Positions 47,713 through 59,503 of a DNA stretch of 64,000 bases are shown one piece after another; the first letter of the stretch is position 1; every line of letters starts with the position of its first letter. This DNA is from Lophium mytilinum (taxonomy: Eukaryota), in NCBI GenBank assembly GCA_010093605.1, contig MU004183.1, positions 186,001-250,000 of the forward strand. Direction: 5' to 3'. The translations under genes and the position numbers were made by a program. The notes beneath the pieces were generated by a model. That model was not told the DNA's origin. It worked only from the letters and a program-made list of their open reading frames with translations, and searched no databases.

Positions 47713-50685
47713 ATGGCGCCCAACCCTGCGGTGCTCCTCTCTTTGGAGATCTTCCATTACCTCACTCCTCTCGCCGTCATAGCTTTTGCTCTGGGCGCGC
47801 ACACCGTTGCCTTTTGCACGCTGCAGACTGGAAAGAATGCGCCGAGTAGCAAAACTCGCCACTCGTCAGCAACATGGCTCACCCTCGCCGTCACCATGGC
47901 CTACACGGCCGAAGGCTTCATTTACGTTCTCCACGCCCTTACCAAGCATGGCTGGTGGGCATCTCAGGACTCCGTTCTCTACGTTCTAGCGTCTGTTCTC
48001 GTGTGGGGGTGCATATATTGCATGCTGTACGAGTCCAAAAAGCCAGTCTGGTCGCCGTACGTTGGCTCCTGGATTCTCGGACTCGTACTGGAGACAGTAG
48101 TGTGCGGCCTGTCCATTGCCGCCGCTCCTCGCACTAATGACTTCGAAAACATTCGATTGGCTATACAAGTGATCAGAGTTCTGATTCTCCTTGTGCTCTC
48201 CGGAAATGGAATATTGCTCGCATTCCCTTCTGCGAATCCTCTCCCTCAGCGAGATGCAGAACGGCAGCCGCTTCTCGGCGGGAATGTGACCGCTGATGGA
48301 ACGGACAGCGAGACTTTGTACGGTGCAACTCCTGCAACGTCGAAGAACGCCAGTGATGACGAGGACGAGGACGAGGATGAGCCCGAAGACAGGAACAAGA
48401 AAATCAAGGAGCAACAGCGCAAACGTCTCGAGGAGCAGGGGGGCTGGCTTGGATATCTGAAAGGCTTCTTGATATTCCTGCCATACGTCTGGCCTTCCGA
48501 GAACCGGAGAATGCAGGTCTATATCGGCATAATTGGCCTTTGTATCCTGGCAGAGCGCGCTCTAAATGTCTTGATACCTCACCAGCTAGGTGTCATCGTT
48601 GACAAGCTTACCGATACCGCGGGGACCGGTGAAATGCCCTGGATGGAAATTGGCCTCCTTATGTTCTACAAATTTTTGCTATCACGCGCTTTACTGGACT
48701 CTCTGCAGAGCATGCTTTCGAGTCGATTGACGTATTGGTCATTCCTCCGACTCACAAAGGTCGCTTTTGCCCACGTTATGGGTCTATCCATGGAGTTCCA
48801 CGACAACAAAGATTCCGGAGAGCTCATCAAATCAGTTGATCAAGCGAGCTGCCTCAATTCGCTCGTTGAACTACTGCTCTTCCAAACTGGTCCCGTGGTT
48901 ATCGACTTGTGGGTCGCCATGATATACGTTACATATCTGTTCGATATCTACTTTGCTTTCATTCTCGTGGCCATCGGTGTAGTCTATACGTTCGTCACAT
49001 ACAAGTTCACGAACTGGACAACCAAAGTGCGCCGCGTCTATACCGAAAAATCGAGAAACGAAAGCAAAGTGTTATACGAGAATGTCAGCAACTGGCAGAC
49101 GATTTCCTACTTCAATCAATTCAATTACGAGTCGGATCGGTTAGCAAAAGCATGCAGCGAGCAGGCTGTGACAGGGCAAAAGTACAACGATCTCTCGAAT
49201 TTCATGTTTGGCACTCAAGAACTCGTCATGCTTTTTGGGCAGCTTTCCATCAGCTTTCTAGCCGCATACCGTATCTCTCAGGGAGATCGGCCTGTTGGAA
49301 ATTACGTTGCTCTCTCTAGCTACTGGGTTACACTCTCTTACCCTCTCCACATGCTTGCGTACTCGTACAAAAAGCTTACCATCGACCTCATTGATTCAGA
49401 ACGCCTTCTACAACTGCTCAACACGAAGTCTAAGGTGGTAGAGCGTGACGGAGCTCTAGATCTCAAAATTGACGGTGGTCGGGTGGCTTTCAACCAAGTC
49501 AGCTTCGCTTACGATGAGCGTAAAACCACAATCAAGGACCTCACTTTTGCCGCAGAACCCGGTCAAACTGTAGCTTTAGTTGGAGAAACTGGAAGTGGGA
49601 AATCTACGACTCTGAAGCTCCTCTTCCGTTTCTACGACATCAGCGGTGGAAGTATCACAATCGACGGCCAAGACATTAGAGACATCACCCTAGGGAGTCT
49701 AAGGGATGCGCTCGGTGTAGTGCCACAAGACCCGAGTCTTTTCAACATATCAATTCTGGAGAACGTACGATATGCTCGACTAGATGCCACGGATGAGGAG
49801 GTCTACGAAGCTTGCAAAGCAGCGTCCATCCACGAGAAGATTTTGACTTTCCCAGACGGCTACAAGACCAAGGTTGGAGAGCGCGGAGTGAAACTGTCCG
49901 GTGGAGAGCTGCAGAGAGTCTCGATAGCACGAGTTTTCTTGAAGAACCCAAAGATTGTTCTACTAGATGAAGCCACATCGGCAATCGACTCTTCAACGGA
50001 ATCGCAGATCCAGGAGTCATTCCGAAAGCTTAGCACAGGACGGACTACATTCATAATCGCTCATCGCCTTTCGACAATCATGGACGCCGACTGCATTTGC
50101 GTCGTAGACAAGGGCGAGATTGTGGAACGCGGAACACACCAGGAGCTTCTGGACCTCGGCGGAAACTATGTCAACCTTTGGAATAAGCAAAGCGCAAAAA
50201 AGGATAAGAGTGGTGGGAGCTCAGTGACCGAGGCTGGCGAACAGGAGGTGCTTATTCCAGACCTCCTCGAAAGCACACTGCCTCCGCAAACTGCCACCTT
50301 AGATGGTGTTACCGACGGATCTAGTCTTCTGGACCAAGATGTCAATGAGTACATTGATCAGCTTGACGGCCACAGTGGAAGCAAGCAAATGCCAGGCTCA
50401 CATCCTGTGCATAGAGCTGAGAAGCCGTCTAGCATCAAGTCTTGTTTCAAGGGCGACAAGGAGGATTCGAGCGACGATGGCGCAGACGACGAGACCGGTG
50501 CCCCTGGAGAAGCCGCAATTCTCAACGCGCCTTTGACCGAACTCTCGCCTCGGCCAACAGAGGCACCACTACCGTCTATAGCAAAGGTGTCCAAAGGCAA
50601 CGGAAAGAATGTCGAGAAGTCAGAGAGGAAAGACGGGCCACCAACAGACAAGGAGGGTGACGATGGCCCGGAAGCATCAAAGTAG
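47713..50685 (+). CDS. ABC half transporter, HMT1/ABCB6-like (heavy-metal tolerance type)
   Basis: N-terminal TM extension, ABC membrane domain (LSMEFHDNKDSGE), Walker A GETGSGKST, signature LSGGELQR, Walker B LLDEATS, IAHRLST. First ATG at 47713; no introns. Confidence 0.88.
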   Translation: MAPNPAVLLSLEIFHYLTPLAVIAFALGAHTVAFCTLQTGKNAPSSKTRHSSATWLTLAVTMAYTAEGFIYVLHALTKHGWWASQDSVLYVLASVLVWGCIYCMLYESKKPVWSPYVGSWILGLVLETVVCGLSIAAAPRTNDFENIRLAIQVIRVLILLVLSGNGILLAFPSANPLPQRDAERQPLLGGNVTADGTDSETLYGATPATSKNASDDEDEDEDEPEDRNKKIKEQQRKRLEEQGGWLGYLKGFLIFLPYVWPSENRRMQVYIGIIGLCILAERALNVLIPHQLGVIVDKLTDTAGTGEMPWMEIGLLMFYKFLLSRALLDSLQSMLSSRLTYWSFLRLTKVAFAHVMGLSMEFHDNKDSGELIKSVDQASCLNSLVELLLFQTGPVVIDLWVAMIYVTYLFDIYFAFILVAIGVVYTFVTYKFTNWTTKVRRVYTEKSRNESKVLYENVSNWQTISYFNQFNYESDRLAKACSEQAVTGQKYNDLSNFMFGTQELVMLFGQLSISFLAAYRISQGDRPVGNYVALSSYWVTLSYPLHMLAYSYKKLTIDLIDSERLLQLLNTKSKVVERDGALDLKIDGGRVAFNQVSFAYDERKTTIKDLTFAAEPGQTVALVGETGSGKSTTLKLLFRFYDISGGSITIDGQDIRDITLGSLRDALGVVPQDPSLFNISILENVRYARLDATDEEVYEACKAASIHEKILTFPDGYKTKVGERGVKLSGGELQRVSIARVFLKNPKIVLLDEATSAIDSSTESQIQESFRKLSTGRTTFIIAHRLSTIMDADCICVVDKGEIVERGTHQELLDLGGNYVNLWNKQSAKKDKSGGSSVTEAGEQEVLIPDLLESTLPPQTATLDGVTDGSSLLDQDVNEYIDQLDGHSGSKQMPGSHPVHRAEKPSSIKSCFKGDKEDSSDDGADDETGAPGEAAILNAPLTELSPRPTEAPLPSIAKVSKGNGKNVEKSERKDGPPTDKEGDDGPEASK

Positions 50686-51198
50686 ACGAACTTGGTCCAC
50701 ACATTGGGTACGTTACGACGAAATTCCGGGATACGTTTTCCAGGCCGAATTGATACGTGGACATTGGTTTATGTCCTTTTTGATGCGCATACGGCCTGTT
50801 ACGAGTTATTTGGCGTTTATGAGTCCATCGTCAAGTTTAAAATGGGCATATTGTTATCTGGGCACTGTTATTGATAGCGGGATTACTTCTACTACTACTG
50901 CAATGGCATCCAGGTGGCAGTGTTGATGCATTTCTAGCGAATCTTAGACTAGTCTAGGCGGGCATACACATGTCTTTTATAGGGGTGGGATGTTCAATAA
51001 AGTTAGCATTTCGGACGAGCATTTGAAAAAACTTGATATCCTTTATGGTGTATTCATGCTTCACTAATTTTAAAAAGCTTAATCTGAAACCACATCAACT
51101 TGAGCAACAAGATCTTACTTTTAAAAGCCTTCTAACTTCTTTTGTTTGGGAGATAGACCTTCATGTGGATGCATGAGAAGTGAGGTGCCCAGGTGTGA

Positions 51199-52158
<960 letters not shown>

Positions 52159-52590
52159 GGGAAGAAGGGGTGTGTTTTTGGGATGGGATGCTGCATGGGC
52201 ATGGCGTTGGGAGGTGGATGGGTATACTCGTCTATCTGTCTGGGATAATCAGGTTGGTTGATTAGCACAAGCGATGGCTTTTGTGTATGGTCAGTTCTCA
52301 AAAGCGCGGGACTCATTATATGGATCTCGGGCTACATCGTAATATGTCAAACCTCCACCCTTCTATCATCCTTCTATCAGATCTATGTTTACCTTACAAG
52401 GAACAAAAAACCACAACACGTATACCCAGCATGCACGGACCTAGTAGCTAGATTTCGAATCTCCTTGGGTGCTAGGCTTTTTCTCTAATGAAGTGCGGTT
52501 CTGAGACCAGGAGGGTGATGATGAGGTTTCGTCGTGAGGCGTGAGTAGGTTTACATTTGTACCGCGGGAGGCATCAACACCCTCATATGC

Positions 52591-53870
52591 CTATCGTGCA
52601 TTTCCGCGCTTGAACCATCCGATGAGGCTGAAAGGTAGCACTCCTTCTCCCGGGCTCATTCTCGAAATCGGATATGTCCATACTGGCATCGTCCACACCA
52701 TCCACGCACAGACCCAAATAAAGCCAACGATCTTCTGCCACAGCTTTCCGTCTTCGTTCTTACTAGTTCCAGTCATCGCAGCCACCAGATCCTCAATCGG
52801 AAGTCCAAGTGCCTGGACGCTGAACCATTCCCTTACTCCAGACTCTCTCATGGGAACGCCAGCAGCGACATCTCCCACCACATGTATGAGGCCGGAGAGC
52901 TGGAAGACAAGCATGATGTAGAAGTATCTTCCCACAAGCGATGACGTTGGCAGGTGGAAGATCTGGGTCGTAATGTATCGCGCTGGACCGGTGAGCGAGG
53001 TGCCCATGCCCTGGTGCCAGAATTTACTATTCTCGTCAACTCAAGGCCCGCAAATCACAGAATCACAAAGACCTACTTCCAAGCACCTCGTAGCGACGTG
53101 ATATTCGACAGGTCTCCAAACAATGGTCTCCATGACGCAACTTCATTCAAACCTGAACCAACCATAACGATTGCGCTACACGTGTACATCGCCTGGAATA
53201 GGAGGTAGGTTGTGAGAGCCGTTGCGATCGAGGAGCTGACGCGGACCACTATCTCGCCTTTAGTCACCTCGGATAGTCGAGTGAAGAGTGGGACGAAGCG
53301 TTGATCAAAGAGAGCCTTGTTCTGGGACGTATCTTGGCCCGCAATCGAGATACGATCTAGCAGGAGGATGCAAATGAGGCATCGTAAAGAGTTCTTGGCT
53401 AGGAACTCTCTTCGAGAAGGAGTTCTCAGGGGGTCCTTCGCGTCGAAAGAAGGGACGTTTTTCGCTTGCCACGGGGTTCCACAGTGCCTTTTATCGAAAA
53501 CAAGCCAAAGGCCGAATATGAAACGATCGTAAATCGAGCCGGTACGATGTTCCGTGAGCATCTCGCTAGGCGGCGGGTGCCCCTTTGCCGAAGATGTTGG
53601 GCCTTGAGTTTCGTATGTCCATCGTTGGAGAAGGGCGACATCGACGTATTGAAGCGACACACTAAAAGTCGTGCCTCCCGCAAGGTTCGGGTAGATTGGA
53701 TGGGTAAACCAATCCCGCTGGGTTGGCGAAACGAGGACTATCAAGACATAAGACAGCATGAGAATGAATCCCATAATTCGGTATCTTGAATTTGACGAAG
53801 TGAACCCCAGGACGAACACTGAGGTGAGTATAGAGAGAGTAGCAGCGAGAAGAGGATCCTGAAGAAACAT
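52591..53870 (-). CDS. Membrane-bound O-acyltransferase (MBOAT_2 / wax synthase / Tri7-like), 2 exons
   Basis: Exons 53870-53077 and 53026-52591. WRPLFG...SLRGAWNKFWHQ and VFQLSGLIH motifs; multiple TM segments. Confidence 0.82.
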
Positions 53871-54724
53871 GGTTGTAGAGAGGACTTGGCCTTCGAGAGA
53901 ACTCTGGGAACGAACGACTAGGCGAGCGTTGAAACTACTTTGGAGTCGAATCTTTGAGACGAGCTTGTCTTCTCGCAGCAGCAAAGGTGAAGTCGAAGGA
54001 AGCGGCGTAGGCGGCGAAGCTAGACAGCCTTGGAGACACGTCAGCTTAGAGCAGCCAATCAAGTGACCCTTTACCAAGATTTATCAATGCTAGATGAATC
54101 GTCCTTGTTTGAGCTAAGATCTATGAAAGACGTCTAGGTACTGTACATACAGTGTAACGCATTTTTAGTTCGTGACACCGTGCCAATAAACACAAACCTC
54201 TCGGTCCCCGATGCGAATCAACATGCGTAACCATACGTTTGACCCCAATTGCCCTTTGCATATCAACAATCCTTCAGCGCAATTGTGGACAAGGGAAATG
54301 CCCAATGCTTTAGGCCAATCACATATCCTTTTTCGTCTAGTTTTGTCAACTAATGCAGCTACCGAGTGTGATTCCCCTTAGAACCACCGCAATGCCACTC
54401 GAGTTGACCGAAATGTCCAACGCAGTTAGGTCGGTGTTATTAGCAATCTTGTAGTGTTTCGGAACAGTATTAGAAGTCCGAGTCAGATGTAAAGTCCGAC
54501 GGGACGTAATTGAGAAAGAGCGGCAAGTTCTCATGATGAAATGAGCGAGGCGAAGTGATCTGTACGGTGAGCGGCAGTAAGATGGAAAAGCAATAAGACC
54601 AGATGTGGGGGCCAAAGGCTGTTGTATTGATGATGGTGAGGAAGCAAGCTAATGAGCGGGTGAGGAAGGATACACACCAGATGCTGAGTAAGCCCGCTAG
54701 AGAGGAACCGGCCCGACAACGTCT

Positions 54725-56930
54725 ATCAAAACCCTTCTACACGGTCAGATCCGTAAGTTCTTCCTCATCTTATAGCTAATTCGCTCCAAGAGATGGCATC
54801 CTTCGTGGCCCTAGTGTGCCTACGCCACGTTTAACAAAGTCGCCTCGACACGGTTGATTATGTACAAACATCTTACGAAAAACCCCTATTTTTAGCCTGA
54901 GGTGTTTCAGCAACAAATCATTATCCTCACGCCGTCGACCTGATTCAGTCCTAGCCGGCGGTGGGCACGAAGCAACTACGTAAGGTAGACGCAGCGTGCT
55001 CTCGGCAGCTATTGAACTCTCTTCTACGCGGTTGATTCTGTATAAACTTGTAACCGGCCTACGTTATTTCTGTTGTGAGGTGCCCCGGTAGAATAGTTCC
55101 TTACTATCCTCGGAACACAGAGCTGATCTAGGGCCTTTGATTTCTGCTATCAGAAATGAGTACAATATCGCCCCTGATACAGCGTCTCTAAAAAAGTCGT
55201 TCACACGGTTAGATCTGTGACTCTTTGTAACTGAAGCTCCTAGATCTTAGCCGGAAGCACTTTCCTAGGTTTTCATTATGCTCTTCACGCAGAGCCGATT
55301 TAGGGCCCGTTGCTTCTGCTATTTGGAATTTGTATAATACAGCCACTCTGCGTGCCGCTCTGCGTGCCCTCCGCGTGTCCTAAAAATTCCTTTACACGGT
55401 TAGATCTGTAACTCTTTGTAAGTAAGACTCTGTTATCTTAGCTAGACGTGCTTCGCAAGCTTTTTATTATCTTCTTAACAGTAAGTTAATTTAGACCCTC
55501 TTACTCCGGTTATAAAAAGCCACCACGCTATGGCCCCCTTAATGTACCCTAGGCGTCTCAAGCAAAATCATTCACATGGTTAGACTGGTAAGAACTTGTA
55601 ACCAAGGCTTCTAGATTCTCGCATGTAGTACTCCAGCGCCAAGACTCTTATATACAACTATCCTCTTATCTAGAACCTAAACCAGACCCTCCTACTTCTG
55701 ATAGAAAAAGTAACCACGCCACATCCCCCTCCGCGTAGCCTCCGTGTCTCCCAAAAATTCTATATACACAGTTATATCCGTAAGAGCTTGTAACTAAAAC
55801 TCCTATAGTTAGCTTAGGACACTTCCGGAGCTTACTTCCTATGCAATCATCCTACTTCCTAGAGGCTAATATAGAGGCGCTGGTATTAGGGTTAAAAGTA
55901 ACGACGCCGCGTCCCCCCTCCGCGTGCCTCTAACGTCTCTACATTTTAATCTAGACAGTTAAATCTGTAACAACTTGCAATAAATGCATTAAACCCTTAG
56001 CCCGAAGCGCTCGAGCAACTTAGAGCCTGTAGCTATACATCCTCTTTCCTAGAACCCGATTTAGAGGCGCGGGTAATAGGGTTGAAAGCAACCACGCCAC
56101 ATCTCCCTTTACGTCTCCAAAAACTCCATCTACACGGTCAAATCCGTAACAACTTGCAACTAAGGCCTAAAATACCTAGCCTGAAGTCCTCTATCTCCTG
56201 ATATCTTGTAGCCAGCAAACCTTTTTCCCGCGACCTGATTTAAGAGCAACGAGCAAAGCGTTAAACGCAACCACGCCGCTTCCCCTCCTATAAACTCTCT
56301 CACGCGGTTAGATCCGTAAAGCTTGCAACTAACGCTCCAAACCCTCAGCTTGACACGCTCCTAGAGCTCAAGGCTTGTAGGAAAGGATCCTTTTTCCTAG
56401 AACCTAATTAAAGAGCATCGGAAAAGCGCTAAAAGCAAACCCTCCGCGTCTCCAAAATTTCCATCTACACGGTTAGATTGGTAAGAACTTCCAACCGACT
56501 CTAAAGATTTAGCATAGACCGCCCCCGGAGCTCGATTCTCGTGCAAGACAATCCTCTTTCCTAGAACCTGATCTGAGAGCCTCGAAAAAACGTTAAAGCA
56601 ACCCCTCCGCGGCTCCTAAAAACCCATCTACGCGGTTAGATCCGTGACAACTTCCAACCGCCTTCCTAGATCCTGAGCCTGGCAAGCTCCCGGAGCTGTT
56701 CATGTAAACCTAACGATCGTCTTATCTAGAGGCTGATTCGAGAGCACCAAGAAAAGGGTTGGAAGTAATCACGCCGCGTACCCTCCGCGTCTCCTTGAAA
56801 AACGTCTCGCGCGGTTAGATCCGTGACACTTTGTAGTTGTTTTGACCAAAAAGGTTAGGGGATGTAGTACCTCATTGGTGGCCTCGCTGGAGGAAAGAAG
56901 TGGAAAAGGTCACGAGTCTAACCGCGCATA
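54725..56930. repeat. Degenerate tandem array, 13 units mostly 163-192 bp, with terminal inverted core (array C)
   Basis: Core CTAC(A/G)CGGTTAGATCCGTAA..(A)CTTG.AAC, with its ACGG-equivalent at 54741, 54850, 55028, 55205, 55396, 55576, 55768, 55955, 56134, 56304, 56469, 56632, 56811. Secondary blocks TTTCCTAGAACC, AACCACGCC and CCCTCCGCGT. No ORF of 60 aa or more in the interval. Confidence 0.92.
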
Positions 56931-57304
56931 TCAATTTTCATAGAGCCGTCGCAGACACCAAGAAGCTCTCTCACCATCGAGCCCCTTAAGTAGCCAACCG
57001 TAAAAAGAGGCGCTAAATGAATAGACTTGGGATGAATTACGGAACCGAGTATGGATAGTATTAATACCAACACCCCAATTCTCAAATAAATGCAAATCGT
57101 GACTTCATCAACTATGGATAAGAAGGGACGACGCTCCTATGCCTATGTGATGTTACCCAGCCCTACCCATCCGATGCATACAAAACCTCCCCCACAGCCA
57201 ACCACTAGGACCAATACCTGTAGCTCGCTTTATCGTCAAGAAATAATCAAAAACACCGTGGCCAGAAATTCAAATTCCATGTAGGACCCATTTTCTTTCC
57301 CCTC

Positions 57305-58983
57305 TTATCTAACAATACCCCAGTTAATCGTCCGTCCTACCGGCGCCTTCTTCTGCTCCGCCCCAGCCCCCGTCGCCGCATCTACGCCTCCACTCGGCGC
57401 AGGTTCGAGCGCGAGGTTCGGCTGGCTGGCATGGAAACTCGTGTATGGCGTGAAGAAGCCTTGCTGGTCGATGAAGCCTTGGCTAGGGTAGCGCTGGGGC
57501 GTGGCGGGCGGGTGCATATATGGATCGTATTGCGGAGGCGGGCGGGGCGCGTGGGTGGAGCGGTAGGTGGAGAAGGCGTAATTAGAAATGACGAAGATCG
57601 TGATCAGAACGAGGGATGTGAAGAGCTGCAGTTCCAAGTTAGTGATGAGATAATGAGGTAGAACAAAGGATATTGAACGGTAGGGGGCATGGGATCGAAC
57701 GTACCATCGCCTTATACCCAATCTCCTCAACAAAACTATTGAAGATCATCGCAAACGTCTTCGCGCTCACGCTCGCGCGCGCGACCTTCCTCGCATCCCG
57801 CTCCTTGCACGCTGCCCAGTTGCCACATAGTTGTTTTAGGGATGGTGGTGGGTATTTGTGGCCGCATCCGTTTTCTTCCCAGTCTCTGGCGCACTTTGCG
57901 ATCTCGATCATGACTTCGGTTTGGGCGCGCTGGGCCTGGATGTCGACTTCGTGCGTGACGGCACTCCAGCCGGACCACATGATGTACATGGCGGAGAAGA
58001 CGAGGAAGAGGTTGAGAAGGAATTGGGCGTAGAAAGAGAGGATATGAGGGAGGCCGGGGTGGTTCTCTATGAATGAGAAGACGCTGGCGATTGTGCTGCC
58101 TCGGGGGATCGCTGGAGTTGCTGGGACCTCAGGGCGCTTCTTGTCGGTATTGTTGTCCTCGTCGTCCTGATCGCGGTCCCGATCTTGTCTGTCTTTTTTG
58201 CTACCTCGCTCTCGCTCTCGCCGCCGCCGCGAGCGCCCACCGTCGTCTTCAGAGTCTGATTCCATGTTCTGTTGTACGGCCTCACGGTTGACGCCCTTCT
58301 GATGCCGCTTCTTCGTTATTCGCTTCTCCCCGTTGCGCGAGTAGTGATCCGCCTTCACACTTTGAGAGCTCGGCCGCGGACTGGAATTGAAATTGAAGAA
58401 ATTCCCGAACAAGCTCTCCCGCCTGCTCTTACTCGGGCTACCCCTCCCACCTTTGCTCGGACTGCTAAGCATCCTATTCAGTCTACCAGGCCGCGCACCC
58501 GTCTCCGGCGTCGCCTCACTATCCGCACCCACGTCCGGCGTATTCGGCGTCTCCCCACCAGACGAGAACTCAACCTCCTTCGTCGGCGTGCGCGTATCCC
58601 ACGCGGACGAGTTATGCACGTGGGCGAGGCCCGGGTTCGGGGGCAGCGGCTTCTGCGGGCTGGGCGGATTGTTGAAGTAGAAGGGCTGGTTTGCTGGGTC
58701 GCGGAGGCGCGGGTAGTTTGCGTTTGGCTGGTCGATCCGCGTGGGCGACTCGAGGACGCTGTTGTGATTGCCTGTACGAAAAAGAGAGGTTGGAGTTAGT
58801 CTATGCGCGTGATTTATGAGAGGAGGTTGGGGGGTGGGTGGGTCGCTTACGCTTTCTGGCGGTGTTGTTCATGTTCGCCATGTTGTTTCGCGGAAGCTGC
58901 ATGAACGGGGAGGTTGGGTCGGTGTCGCCAGTCTTGTTCGCCCATTCAAAGTCCATTGGCACGGTGGACGTGCGTCTGTCCAT
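57305..58983 (-). CDS. BRL1: Nuclear envelope protein, Brl1/Brr6 family, 3 exons
   Basis: Exons 58983-58851, 58771-57705, 57625-57305. N-terminal PMDFEW; two TMs flanking a four-cysteine luminal loop (CARDWEENGC...CGNWAAC); FAMIFNSFVEEIGYKAM. Confidence 0.85.
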
Positions 58984-59503
58984 GATGCCAGCGGTAGAAT
59001 AAAGGTTGCAGAGAGGTGTGAAGCAGCGGAGGGGACGGGAATGCGGTTGCTAGGAGAGGCTCGAGTGGTAAACAGTGGTTTGCGGAGGTGTCCCAAATAT
59101 CCGGTAGGTGTGGCGGTGCGGTACGCCACAGATTCTTCGACTGTTTTCACGTGGAAGCTGCCGACCCGTTCCCAACCACGAAATTTATCTAATGTAGTGT
59201 GTGGGTGGTGAGGAGAACTTTGAAGTGAAGTTCGTGGATGGGGTTGACTTTATTCACATTAGGGGAAGTTCGTAAATGCAATACAGAATTCACCAAGTGG
59301 TGTCTGACTTGACCAGGCATCTGCTTTACACGACATAGATACAATTTATTCGAAGTGATGATATTAAGCATTTCTACTATTTACAGCTCGTCTAATAGCC
59401 ACGGAATACTACTCGAACAACAGGATATCGCTAGTCTAAACCCACAAAGCCTGTCACAAACGCCGACCTTCTTGCGTCACATGAAAACATAAAGTCAACT
59501 AGA

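Noticed and set aside
54725..56930. Array C (or B) as a CRISPR array
   Set aside because: The sequences between cores are homologous to each other rather than unique spacers, the cores are degenerate, there are no cas genes, and the context is eukaryotic.
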